Shown one piece after another: positions 18,428-26,812 of a stretch of DNA of 64,000 nt. The DNA is taken from NCBI GenBank assembly GCA_021296315.1, contig JAGWAO010000007.1:13737-77736 (forward strand), written 5' to 3'. A program made the translations under genes and the position numbers. The notes below the pieces were generated by a model. The model did no database searches. It worked only from the letters and a program-made list of their open reading frames with translations, and was not told the DNA's origin. The DNA comes from Acidimicrobiia bacterium (GTDB taxonomy: Bacteria; Actinomycetota; Acidimicrobiia; Acidimicrobiales; Aldehydirespiratoraceae). Each line of letters begins with the position of its first letter. Positions within the stretch are counted from its first letter, which is position 1.

Positions 18428-19627
18428 TCAGCCCTCGGATCCCTCCGATGGCCCTGCGCCGGCCGCGGTGCGGCCCGACTCGTGCTCGGGGAACAGCTCG
18501 GCGTAGGTGTCGCCCTCTCGGTAGGGGTGGGCGGCCAGCTTCTCCTCGTCCACGTCCACGCCGAGGCCGGGGCCGGTGGGGGCGGTGATGTGGCCGCCGC
18601 CCAGATCGGTCAGCGCCAGGCCCGGGTTGTGGCCGATGTCGGTGATCATCGGCTGGTGGGGGTCGATGTCGTACTCGCACAGCCGCACCCGGGCCGCGGT
18701 GGCCCAGTGGAGGTTGGCGGCCAGCCCCACCACCGTGGGCCCGCCCACATGGGGGATGACCTCGATGGAGGACCGGGCCGCGATGTCGACGATCTCCAGG
18801 CAGCTCAGAATCCCGCCGGTGAGGGAGGCGTCGGGCTCGAACACCCGGGCCGCGTCGCGCCGGGCCAGCTCGGCGTACATGCGGGGCGAGTAGACCCGCT
18901 CCCCCACCGCCACCCGTATCGGCGAGTTGCGCTGGAGCCGCTCCAGGCCCTCGATCTGGTACTGGGGCACCGGCTCCTCGAAGAAGTGGATGCCGTATCC
19001 GGCGATGCGGCGGCACAGCTCGATGGCCGAGTCGGGATCGTGGAACCAGTACGAGTCGACGCCCATCAAGATGTCGGGGCCGACGTGCTCCCGCACCGTG
19101 GCCACGGCCTCGGCGTCGCCGTCGATGGTCCGGCCCAGCCGCACCTTCACGCCCTTGAAGCCGAGGTCCATGCACTGGTCGAAGTAGTGGGCGTGCCACA
19201 CCGCACTCTCCTCGAACATGGTCGTGCCGGTGCCGTACAGCGGGATCGGATAGGCGCTGCCGCCCAGCAGCCGGTGCACCGGGGCGTTCAGGGTCTTGCC
19301 GAGGATGTCCCACAGGGCGATCTCGATCGCGCCGATGGTCTGGCTGGAGAGGCCCTCCCAGCCCAGGTAGCCGTCGAGGGCCACCCGCAGGTCGGCCACC
19401 CGGTCGCGGATGGCCAGCGGGTCGCGTCCCTCAAGGTGCCGGGCGCACACATCGTCCACCGCGGCCCGGAACACCGTCGGGTACGAGTGGCCCCAGTTGG
19501 TGGACGACTCGCCCCAGCCGACGGTGCCGTCGTCGGTCTCGACGCGCACCAGTGCGAAGCTGCGCTCCATGTCGGGGTCGATCTTGCGGTAGCCGGCGAG
19601 CACGGCCCGCACGCTCTCGATTCTCAT
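18428..19627 (-). CDS. Enolase-superfamily enzyme (mandelate racemase/muconate lactonizing family, dehydratase-like)
   Basis: The translation shows VRVETDDGTVGWGES and FKGVKVRLG, with metal-ligand regions GVDSYW, FFEEP and GERVY. Confidence 0.8.
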   Translation of the reverse strand: MRIESVRAVLAGYRKIDPDMERSFALVRVETDDGTVGWGESSTNWGHSYPTVFRAAVDDVCARHLEGRDPLAIRDRVADLRVALDGYLGWEGLSSQTIGAIEIALWDILGKTLNAPVHRLLGGSAYPIPLYGTGTTMFEESAVWHAHYFDQCMDLGFKGVKVRLGRTIDGDAEAVATVREHVGPDILMGVDSYWFHDPDSAIELCRRIAGYGIHFFEEPVPQYQIEGLERLQRNSPIRVAVGERVYSPRMYAELARRDAARVFEPDASLTGGILSCLEIVDIAARSSIEVIPHVGGPTVVGLAANLHWATAARVRLCEYDIDPHQPMITDIGHNPGLALTDLGGGHITAPTGPGLGVDVDEEKLAAHPYREGDTYAELFPEHESGRTAAGAGPSEGSEG

Positions 19628-19667
19628 GGGGTGCCCTCAGTCGTGTCGTCGCTCTCGATCCTCATGT

Positions 19668-20594
19668 TCACGGCTCCATTCCTGGCAGTTCCAGCCACAG
19701 GTCGTCGGGCACCGGGGCGCGCAGGTCAGCCAGATTCCCGTCCACCTCGGCCGGCGCGGCCATCCCGACGATCACGGAGGTGACGGCGGGGTTGGCGAGC
19801 GGGAAGTTCACCGCCGCAGCGCGCAAGGTCACGCCGTGGCGCCGGCACACCGCGTCGATGGCGGCCGCCCGATCAAGCGTCTCGTCCGACGCGGGGCCGT
19901 AGTCGTACCAGGAGCCGGCCCGGGGCCGGGCCAGGACCCCACTGTTGAACACACCCGCGGCCAGATAGGCGACCCCGCGGTCCGCGCAGGTGTCGATCAG
20001 GTCCGCGGCGGACCGGTCGAGCAGCGTGTAGCGGCCCGCCACCAGCATGCAGTCGAGGTCGGCTCGCTCCAGGAAAGCGGCCGCGGTGCCCACCGAGTTG
20101 GTGCCCAACGACACTGCACCGATCACGCCTTCATCCCTCAGCGCCACCAGGGCCGGGTACGTACCCGCCAACGCCTCCTGGATATGGTCGTCGGGATCAT
20201 GGATGTGCACGATGTCGACCCGGTCCACCCCGAGGCGCTCCAGGCTCGACTCCAGAGACTGTCGGGCCGCGTCGTAGCCGAAATCGAAGTGGGCATCGAC
20301 CGACCCGTCGGGCTGAACGGCCAGGAGCCGGCCCGCCTTGGTGGCGATGACCGGTCGCTCGCCGCCCGCTCCGGCCAGGGCCCGCCCCAGGCGGCGCTCG
20401 GCCTCCCCCAGCCCGTAGAAGGGGGCGGTGTCGAAGAACCCGATGCCGAGCTCGAGAGCCCGGACTGCGGTCCGCACCGCGGTGCCGGCGTCGTTTCCCC
20501 AGAAGATCGAAGCCAGCGGGGCCGTCCCCAGCGCCAGACGTCGGACCCGGAGCCCGGTCCGAGGGAGCGCGGCTTCGTCCAAGGGATCTCGCAT
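19668..20594 (-). CDS. Aldo/keto reductase
   Basis: The translation shows GFFDTAPFYGLGEAERRLG, IATKAG and HIHDPD. The start is set at ATG 20594 (MRDPLDE). Confidence 0.8.
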   Translation of the reverse strand: MRDPLDEAALPRTGLRVRRLALGTAPLASIFWGNDAGTAVRTAVRALELGIGFFDTAPFYGLGEAERRLGRALAGAGGERPVIATKAGRLLAVQPDGSVDAHFDFGYDAARQSLESSLERLGVDRVDIVHIHDPDDHIQEALAGTYPALVALRDEGVIGAVSLGTNSVGTAAAFLERADLDCMLVAGRYTLLDRSAADLIDTCADRGVAYLAAGVFNSGVLARPRAGSWYDYGPASDETLDRAAAIDAVCRRHGVTLRAAAVNFPLANPAVTSVIVGMAAPAEVDGNLADLRAPVPDDLWLELPGMEP

Positions 20595-20601
20595 CAGCGT
20601 G

Positions 20602-20616
20602 TTTGATCCTATCAAA
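20602..20616. promoter_or_regulatory. Perfect palindrome TTTGATcctATCAAA (candidate operator) in divergent promoter
   Basis: The site lies between the AKR start (20594, minus strand) and the PanB-like start (20639, plus strand). It has the same half-sites as 11173-11187. Confidence 0.55.
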
Positions 20617-20638
20617 GTCTTGTGATTGTCTTCAGGGC

Positions 20639-21511
20639 GTGACACGGGTCAAGCCCACCGTCGCCGACCTCATCGCCGGCAAGGGAAAGCGCCAGCTCTC
20701 CGACATCTTCGTGCTGTCCCTCGAGGAGGTCCGGGCGATTGAGGAGGCCGGCCTCGACATGATGTGCCTGCCCGATGAGACCATGAGTCGCGAGGTGCGT
20801 GAGGCCGCCCCCACCACCTTCATCATCGCGGCGCTGGCCTACGGGGTGCACGCCACCACCGACGAGTACCTGCGGATGGGCTTCGCCATGTACCGCCTCG
20901 GCGCCGACGCGGTGTACTGCGCGGCCGGTCTGGACACCGTGGCCCGGCTCGCGGCCGAGGGGCTGGCGGTCGTGGGCCACATCGGGTTCATCCCCACCCA
21001 CAGGACCTGGTACGGCGGCTACCGGGCCACCGGCAAGACGGCCGAGAGCGCCCTCAGGGTGTGGCGCCAGGCCCGGGCCCTGGAGGACGCCGGGGCGTTC
21101 GCGGCGGAGATCGAGCTCGTGCCCGAGCCCGTGGCGGCAGCCATCTCCCAGCGGTCCTCTCTGTTCTTGATCTCGATGGGATCGGGCGCAGGATGCGACG
21201 CCCAGTACCTGTTCAGCATGGACATCCTGGGCACCAACACCGGGCACTACCCGCGGCACTCCAAGAAGTACCGCGACTTCCGAGCCACCTACGAGCGCCT
21301 CCACGCCGAACGAGTGGCGGCCTACGGCGAGTACCGGGCCGACGTGAAGTCTGGGGCCTACCCTGCCGACGAGCACAAGTTGCAGATCGACGAGGCCGAA
21401 CTGGCCGAGTTCCTCGGGGCGCTCGACAGCGGCGAAGATGACGGCAGCGACGACGGCACGAAATCGATCGGAGGAGTGCCATGGACGGAGATAGCCAAGC
21501 CGCAGCGCTAG
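20639..21511 (+). CDS. PanB-family (3-methyl-2-oxobutanoate hydroxymethyltransferase-like) enzyme
   Basis: The translation shows VVGHIGFIPTH, EDAGAFAAEIELVP, ISMGSGAGCDAQYLF and GHYPRHSKKY. A GTG start at 20639 was chosen. Confidence 0.65.
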   Translation: MTRVKPTVADLIAGKGKRQLSDIFVLSLEEVRAIEEAGLDMMCLPDETMSREVREAAPTTFIIAALAYGVHATTDEYLRMGFAMYRLGADAVYCAAGLDTVARLAAEGLAVVGHIGFIPTHRTWYGGYRATGKTAESALRVWRQARALEDAGAFAAEIELVPEPVAAAISQRSSLFLISMGSGAGCDAQYLFSMDILGTNTGHYPRHSKKYRDFRATYERLHAERVAAYGEYRADVKSGAYPADEHKLQIDEAELAEFLGALDSGEDDGSDDGTKSIGGVPWTEIAKPQR

Positions 21512-22938
21512 GCACCGACGCGACGGCCGGGCCGGTGGAGATGCTGGTCGAGGGCACGGTGGTGACCATGGACGCCGAGCGGCGGGTCATCGCCGACGGC
21601 GCAGTGGCCGTGGCCGGCGATCGCATCGCCGAGGTGGGGGACGCGGCCGAGCTGCGGGCCCGCTATCCCGATGCCCGCCGGCTCGGCGGCGCGAGACGCT
21701 ACGTGATCCCGGGGCTGATCGACTGCCACAACCACATCGCCCAGGCCCTGTGCCGCGAGAGCACGGTGGAGGACTTCCCCAACATCTACCGCATCTACAT
21801 CCCGGCCGAGGCCATCCAGAGCCCCGACGACGTGCGGGTGAGCGCCCGGGTGGCCTTCGCCCAGCTGCTGCGGGCCGGGGTCACCACCATGACCGAGACC
21901 ACCTGCACGGTCGCCCACGAGGAGCCCATCGCCGAGACCGTGATGGAGACCGGCATCCGCTGCGCCCTGGCCCGGGGCATGTGGGACCGGGAGTCCCGGC
22001 TGGCCGGAAACTACGAGCAGATCACCGAGAAGTCGTGGTGCCGCGACGACCCGGCCGCCCTGGCCGACGATCTGGCCTACACAAAGGAGTTCTTCGCCAA
22101 GTGGTTCGAGCGGGGTCAGGGGCGGCTGCGCCCCTGGGTCCACAACCTGGGCGTGCCGTCGTGCTCGGACGAGCGCTACCTGGCCACCGACGAGATGGTC
22201 CAGGAGTGGGGCACGGGCATCATGACCCACATCAACCGCGACCGCGAGGAGATCGAGCTGAGCGTGTCTCTGTTCGGTCACCGCCCGCTGGAGCACCTGG
22301 CCTCCATCGGAGCCCTGACCGAGCGGCTGGTGGCCATCCACGCCATGTTGACCAGCGACCGCGAGATCGACCTGATGGCCGCGGCCGGGGCCAAGCTGGC
22401 CCACGCCCCGGTGGTGTGCACCGACATCATGTCGGCGGTCACCCGGGTGCCGCTGATGCGGGCCCGGGGCATCACCGTCGGGCTGGGCTGCGACACCATC
22501 ATCAACGACGTCCTCAAGCTGATGCGGATCGCCCACATCATGCACAACCAGGCGGCCATGCCACTGTTCGACCCCTACGGGTTCTCCTGCAACGACGCCT
22601 TCGAGATGGGCACCATCGACGCGGCGAGACTGCTGCTGTGGGACGACGAGATCGGGTCGCTGGAGGCGGGCAAGGCGGCCGACATCTGCGTGATCGACGC
22701 CAACAACGTTCGGCTCACCCCCTCGACGGACCCGGTGGCCACCCTGGTGCGCTACGGCGTGGGCACCGACGCGGAGTCCACCATCGTGGCCGGCGAGCTG
22801 GTGATGCACGAGGGCCGGCTGCTGACCATCGACGAGGAGGAGCTGCTCGACGAGGCCGAGGCGCTGGGCGCCCGCATGATCGCCGAGATGGCCCCCCGCC
22901 GCTACGTGCAGCTCGGCACCAACGTCAACTACCTGTGA
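21481..22938 (+). CDS. Amidohydrolase (ATZ/TRZ-MtaD/guanine-deaminase-like family)
   Basis: YVIPGLIDCHNHIAQ is the HxH metal site, with a later HINR and a GLGCD..IND pattern. The start is uncertain: ATG 21481 overlaps the upstream gene, and ATG 21541 is the alternative. Confidence 0.8.
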   Translation: MDGDSQAAALGTDATAGPVEMLVEGTVVTMDAERRVIADGAVAVAGDRIAEVGDAAELRARYPDARRLGGARRYVIPGLIDCHNHIAQALCRESTVEDFPNIYRIYIPAEAIQSPDDVRVSARVAFAQLLRAGVTTMTETTCTVAHEEPIAETVMETGIRCALARGMWDRESRLAGNYEQITEKSWCRDDPAALADDLAYTKEFFAKWFERGQGRLRPWVHNLGVPSCSDERYLATDEMVQEWGTGIMTHINRDREEIELSVSLFGHRPLEHLASIGALTERLVAIHAMLTSDREIDLMAAAGAKLAHAPVVCTDIMSAVTRVPLMRARGITVGLGCDTIINDVLKLMRIAHIMHNQAAMPLFDPYGFSCNDAFEMGTIDAARLLLWDDEIGSLEAGKAADICVIDANNVRLTPSTDPVATLVRYGVGTDAESTIVAGELVMHEGRLLTIDEEELLDEAEALGARMIAEMAPRRYVQLGTNVNYL

Positions 22939-22962
22939 GACGCACAAAGTGATGGGTCAGCC

Positions 22963-24453
22963 ATGATCACCTCTGGAATCCTGGTGCGGCGGGCCACGAT
23001 CCTCGACGCCGAGGGCCCGTTGCAGGTCGCGGACATCAGAGCCGAAGGGGGCACCATCACAGCGGTGGGCCCCGGCCTGCGTCCCGGATCGGCCAGAGTG
23101 ATCGAAGCCGACGAGATGGTGGCCATGCCGGGCCTGATCAACGCCCACACCCACTCGACCCAGAACCTCGACCGGGGAACGACCCCCAACCTGCCGCTTG
23201 ACCTGTGGCTGATGTGGGCGGTGCTCGGGAAGTGCCCCATCACCGCGGACGACCGCTACACGCTGGCCATGGCCGGTGCACTGGAGATGCTCGAATCGGG
23301 CTGCACCGCAGTGCTCGACCACGGCTGGGTTCCGCCGTGGGACTTCGAGGACTACTCCGAGGCCGTCATGAGCGCCTACGCCGACGCCGGAATGCGGGCC
23401 GGGCTGGCCCCCATGATCGGTGATCTCGACATCTTCGACACGATGTCGTTCGCAGGCGCCTCCCAGCCGAAGCCGGAGCCGCTCGGCGACCCGTTCGACC
23501 CGCAGGGGCTGGTCGAGTCCATGACCGGGTTCTTCGACCGCTGGCAGGACGCCCACTCCCGGCTCACCCCGATGGTGGGGCCCTCGGCCCCTCAGCGCTG
23601 CAGCCACGAGCTGATGGACGGTCTGGCCCGCCTGGCCCGCGAGCGCGGCGCGGGGTTCCACACCCACGTGCTCGAGACCAGGACCCAGATCGCCGCCAAC
23701 CTAGAGCGCTACGGGCGGTCCAGCGTGTCGTACCTGGAGGACCTGGGGGTGCTCCAGGCGGGGGCGAGCCTGGCCCATTGCGTGTGGATGGACCCCGACG
23801 AGTACTCCACGGTTCGCCGCTGCGGCGCGACGATCGTGCACAACCCGGTGTCGAACCTGCGATGCGGGTCCGGGATCCTGCCGGTGGCCGACCTGCTCGA
23901 GGGCGGAACCAGTGTGGCGCTGGGCGCCGACGGCGCGGCCTCCAACGACAACCAGAACATGTTCGAGGCCATGAAGTTCGCCACGCTCCTGCAGACCCTG
24001 CACGGATCCCACCTGCGCTGGCCGCAAGCCCCCGCGATCTGGAAGATGTGCCTTCAGGGCGGGGCCGCCGCGCTGGGCCAGCCGCTGGGCTCGCTGCAAC
24101 CGGGAAGCGCAGCCGACATCGTGCTTCTGGACACCGAGCGCCATGTGCCGGTGCACGCCGAGGGCTTGGTGACGAGTCTTGTCCTGGCCGAGCACGGAGA
24201 GTCGGTGCACACCGTGATCGTCGACGGCGAAATGGTGGTGTCCGAGGGCCGATCAACCCGCGTCGACACCGATGCCATGGCCGCAAGGTCCCGCGACCTG
24301 CAGCGGCGTCTCCACGAGAACCTGCCCGAGCGCCAGGCCTTCTACGACCGCTACGTCGACGTGCTGACGGAGATCCACGACTACGAGATGGCCCGACCGG
24401 CCCCCGTGGAGCGCCTGGCCCGGATCACGCCGGCGTTCGGGGCCACCGACTAG
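22963..24453 (+). CDS. Amidohydrolase (ATZ/TRZ-MtaD-like family), second paralog
   Basis: The translation shows MPGLINAHTHSTQ, FHTHVLE and ALGADGAASND. Confidence 0.8.
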   Translation: MITSGILVRRATILDAEGPLQVADIRAEGGTITAVGPGLRPGSARVIEADEMVAMPGLINAHTHSTQNLDRGTTPNLPLDLWLMWAVLGKCPITADDRYTLAMAGALEMLESGCTAVLDHGWVPPWDFEDYSEAVMSAYADAGMRAGLAPMIGDLDIFDTMSFAGASQPKPEPLGDPFDPQGLVESMTGFFDRWQDAHSRLTPMVGPSAPQRCSHELMDGLARLARERGAGFHTHVLETRTQIAANLERYGRSSVSYLEDLGVLQAGASLAHCVWMDPDEYSTVRRCGATIVHNPVSNLRCGSGILPVADLLEGGTSVALGADGAASNDNQNMFEAMKFATLLQTLHGSHLRWPQAPAIWKMCLQGGAAALGQPLGSLQPGSAADIVLLDTERHVPVHAEGLVTSLVLAEHGESVHTVIVDGEMVVSEGRSTRVDTDAMAARSRDLQRRLHENLPERQAFYDRYVDVLTEIHDYEMARPAPVERLARITPAFGATD

Positions 24454-24480
24454 ACCGGGCGCAGAGAGGGGGACACGACA

Positions 24481-25533
24481 ATGGGCGCTTCCGCCGACTC
24501 ATCCTGGGACACCACCTGGATCGACAACGAGCACCCGGCGCTGCGGCGCTGCTGGCATCCGGTGGCCCGCAGCGCGGACATCGCTGACGACCGGCCCGTG
24601 GCGGTGGACCTGCTGGGCGAGCGCTGGTGCCTGGTGCGCCTGGGCGACGAGTTGGCCGCGCTGCGGGATCCCTGCCCCCACCGTTACTCGCCGCTGAGCG
24701 CGGGAACCATCGTCGGCGACACGCTGCGGTGCGCCTACCACGGCCTCCGGTTCGCGGCCGACGGGACCTGCGTCGAGATACCGGCGGTCGATCCCAGCCT
24801 GCCCATCCCGGCCCGGGCCTGCGCCACTGCGGCGGCGGGGGTGTCGGAGTCGCTGGACCTGGTGTGGCTGGCGCCCGAGGATCCCATCGCGCCGCTGCCG
24901 GAGGTCCCCGAGCACCACGACCCCAGCTTCGTCACCTGCCCGCTGCCCCCGTCGGACTGGAACGCGGGGGCGGCCCAGATGGCCGACAACTTCCTGGACC
25001 TGGGCCATCTGCCCTTCGTGCATCTGGGCACGTTCGGCGACCCGGACGACAAGCTGGTGCGGGACTACAAGATGGAACGCGACGGCTGGCGCTTCACCGC
25101 CCACCACCGCCACTTCACCAAGGCCCTGGACGACTCGATGGGCGCCGACGGCGAATACAAGGTGGTCGAGCGGGAGCTGCTGTTCGTGTTCACCGCCCCG
25201 CACCACGTGTACCTGCGCATCGGCTACCCGGAAGAGGGCATGGTGCTGACCATCAGCTTCTGCCACCAGCCCGTCGACGCGGCCACCACCCGGCTCTACT
25301 GCACCGACTACCGCAACGACATACCCGACGAGCCCGGCGCCATCGCCGACACGGTGGCCTTCCAGCAGGCGGTGGCGGCCGAGGACAGTGCCTTGCTGCA
25401 GCGCATCGGCACCAAGGCGGTGCCCCTGGTCCCGGCGCTCGAGTACCACTCCAAGGCCGACCGCATCACCCTGGAGATGCGCCGCATGCTGGCCGACCTG
25501 GTGGCCGAGGCCGGCGCCGAGGTCTCCGGCTAG
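24481..25533 (+). CDS. Rieske [2Fe-2S] oxygenase, VanA/PaO/KshA-like single-component alpha
   Basis: A Rieske motif CPHRYSPLS...CAYHGLRF is followed by the mononuclear iron region NFLDLGHLPFVH. Confidence 0.8.
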   Translation: MGASADSSWDTTWIDNEHPALRRCWHPVARSADIADDRPVAVDLLGERWCLVRLGDELAALRDPCPHRYSPLSAGTIVGDTLRCAYHGLRFAADGTCVEIPAVDPSLPIPARACATAAAGVSESLDLVWLAPEDPIAPLPEVPEHHDPSFVTCPLPPSDWNAGAAQMADNFLDLGHLPFVHLGTFGDPDDKLVRDYKMERDGWRFTAHHRHFTKALDDSMGADGEYKVVERELLFVFTAPHHVYLRIGYPEEGMVLTISFCHQPVDAATTRLYCTDYRNDIPDEPGAIADTVAFQQAVAAEDSALLQRIGTKAVPLVPALEYHSKADRITLEMRRMLADLVAEAGAEVSG

Positions 25534-26714
25534 GAGGGACGGGGGAAGGCCACGGTGCGTTCCCCGCTGTGGCAGATGTCGACACTCGACCCGATAGCGA
25601 ACCGGGGAGCGCCGGTCGCCCGGCAGCGCAACAGGCCGCCACCAGCCTCGCGGATGTAGTAAAGGGTGTCGTGGCCGAAGAACTCGATGTGGTCGACGGT
25701 GCCTGATCTGCCCTCGGTCAGCGCGAGCTCCTCGGGCCGCAACAGCACGTCTACTTCGCCGTGGAGCGGCGACTGGAGCTTCATGGGCCCCATCGGCGTG
25801 TAGGCGATGTCGCCCTCGGCCCGGCCGGCAACGGTGTTGGCCTCGCCCACGAAGCCGGCCAGCCAACGATCGGTGGGCCGCTCGTAGAGGACCGCGGGCG
25901 AGGCCTGCTGGATGACGGCGCCGTCGCGCATCACGGCCACCTCGTCGCCGAGCACGAAGGCCTCGTCCTGGTCGTGGGTGACGAACACGCAGGTGACCTC
26001 GAGCTCCCGCAGCAGGGCGGCCACCTCGGCGCGGACCTCCACCCTCAGGGTGGTGTCGAGGCTCGAGAAGGGTTCGTCGAGCAGCAGCACCGACGGCTGG
26101 GGGGCCAGGGCCCGGGCCAGGGCCACCCGCTGCTGCTGGCCTCCCGACAGGGAGCCGGGCAGCCGGTCGGCCAGCTCCGCGATCCCCACCATGTGCAGGA
26201 GGTCGCGCACTCGGCCCGACGCCGGCCGGGGCAGGACCCGGCTGCGGGGCCGCTCCGAGCGGGGCAGGCCGAAGGCCACGTTGGCGGCCACGGTCAGGTG
26301 GGGGAACAGCGACCAGTCCTGGAACACCATGCCCACGCCGCGCTTGTCGGCAGCCACATGAACCGTCTGAGCAGAGGTCCCGTTCCGGTACGCTCCCGGG
26401 CCCGCTGCGCCGCTGCGCTCCGCGGGCCCGGCCATCAGCGTGCCGCCCAGCACGACCCGGCCCGAGTCCAGCCGCTGCAGCCCGGCCAGCACCCTCAGCA
26501 GGGTGGTCTTACCGCATCCGCTCGGACCGAGAATGGCCAGCGTCCGGCCCGGCTCTGCCGAGATCGAGGCGCTGCGCAAGACCGGCGACCCGCCCAAGGC
26601 GACGCAGGCCGCGTCCACAAGGATGCCGCGGCCTCTCGGAGCCGCCGAACCCACCGGCTCCGCCGGGGCGGAGGGGGCCGCCAAAGCGACCGGCGCCGGA
26701 GCGCTATCAAGCAT
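25530..26714 (-). CDS. ABC transporter ATP-binding protein (PotA/FbpC-like, C-terminal TOBE-like domain), orphan
   Basis: The translation shows GPSGCGKTT, LSGGQQQR and LLLDEPFSSLD. No permease or SBP gene is adjacent. Confidence 0.8.
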   Translation of the reverse strand: MLDSAPAPVALAAPSAPAEPVGSAAPRGRGILVDAACVALGGSPVLRSASISAEPGRTLAILGPSGCGKTTLLRVLAGLQRLDSGRVVLGGTLMAGPAERSGAAGPGAYRNGTSAQTVHVAADKRGVGMVFQDWSLFPHLTVAANVAFGLPRSERPRSRVLPRPASGRVRDLLHMVGIAELADRLPGSLSGGQQQRVALARALAPQPSVLLLDEPFSSLDTTLRVEVRAEVAALLRELEVTCVFVTHDQDEAFVLGDEVAVMRDGAVIQQASPAVLYERPTDRWLAGFVGEANTVAGRAEGDIAYTPMGPMKLQSPLHGEVDVLLRPEELALTEGRSGTVDHIEFFGHDTLYYIREAGGGLLRCRATGAPRFAIGSSVDICHSGERTVAFPRPS

Positions 26715-26812
26715 GCCTCATACCCTAATGCCGGTATCCCTCACCGCGTCAACCCCAGTAGTCCTGACGCCTCAGGCTTCAGGGAGCCTCACTATGGGAT
26801 GGCGCGGTGTGC

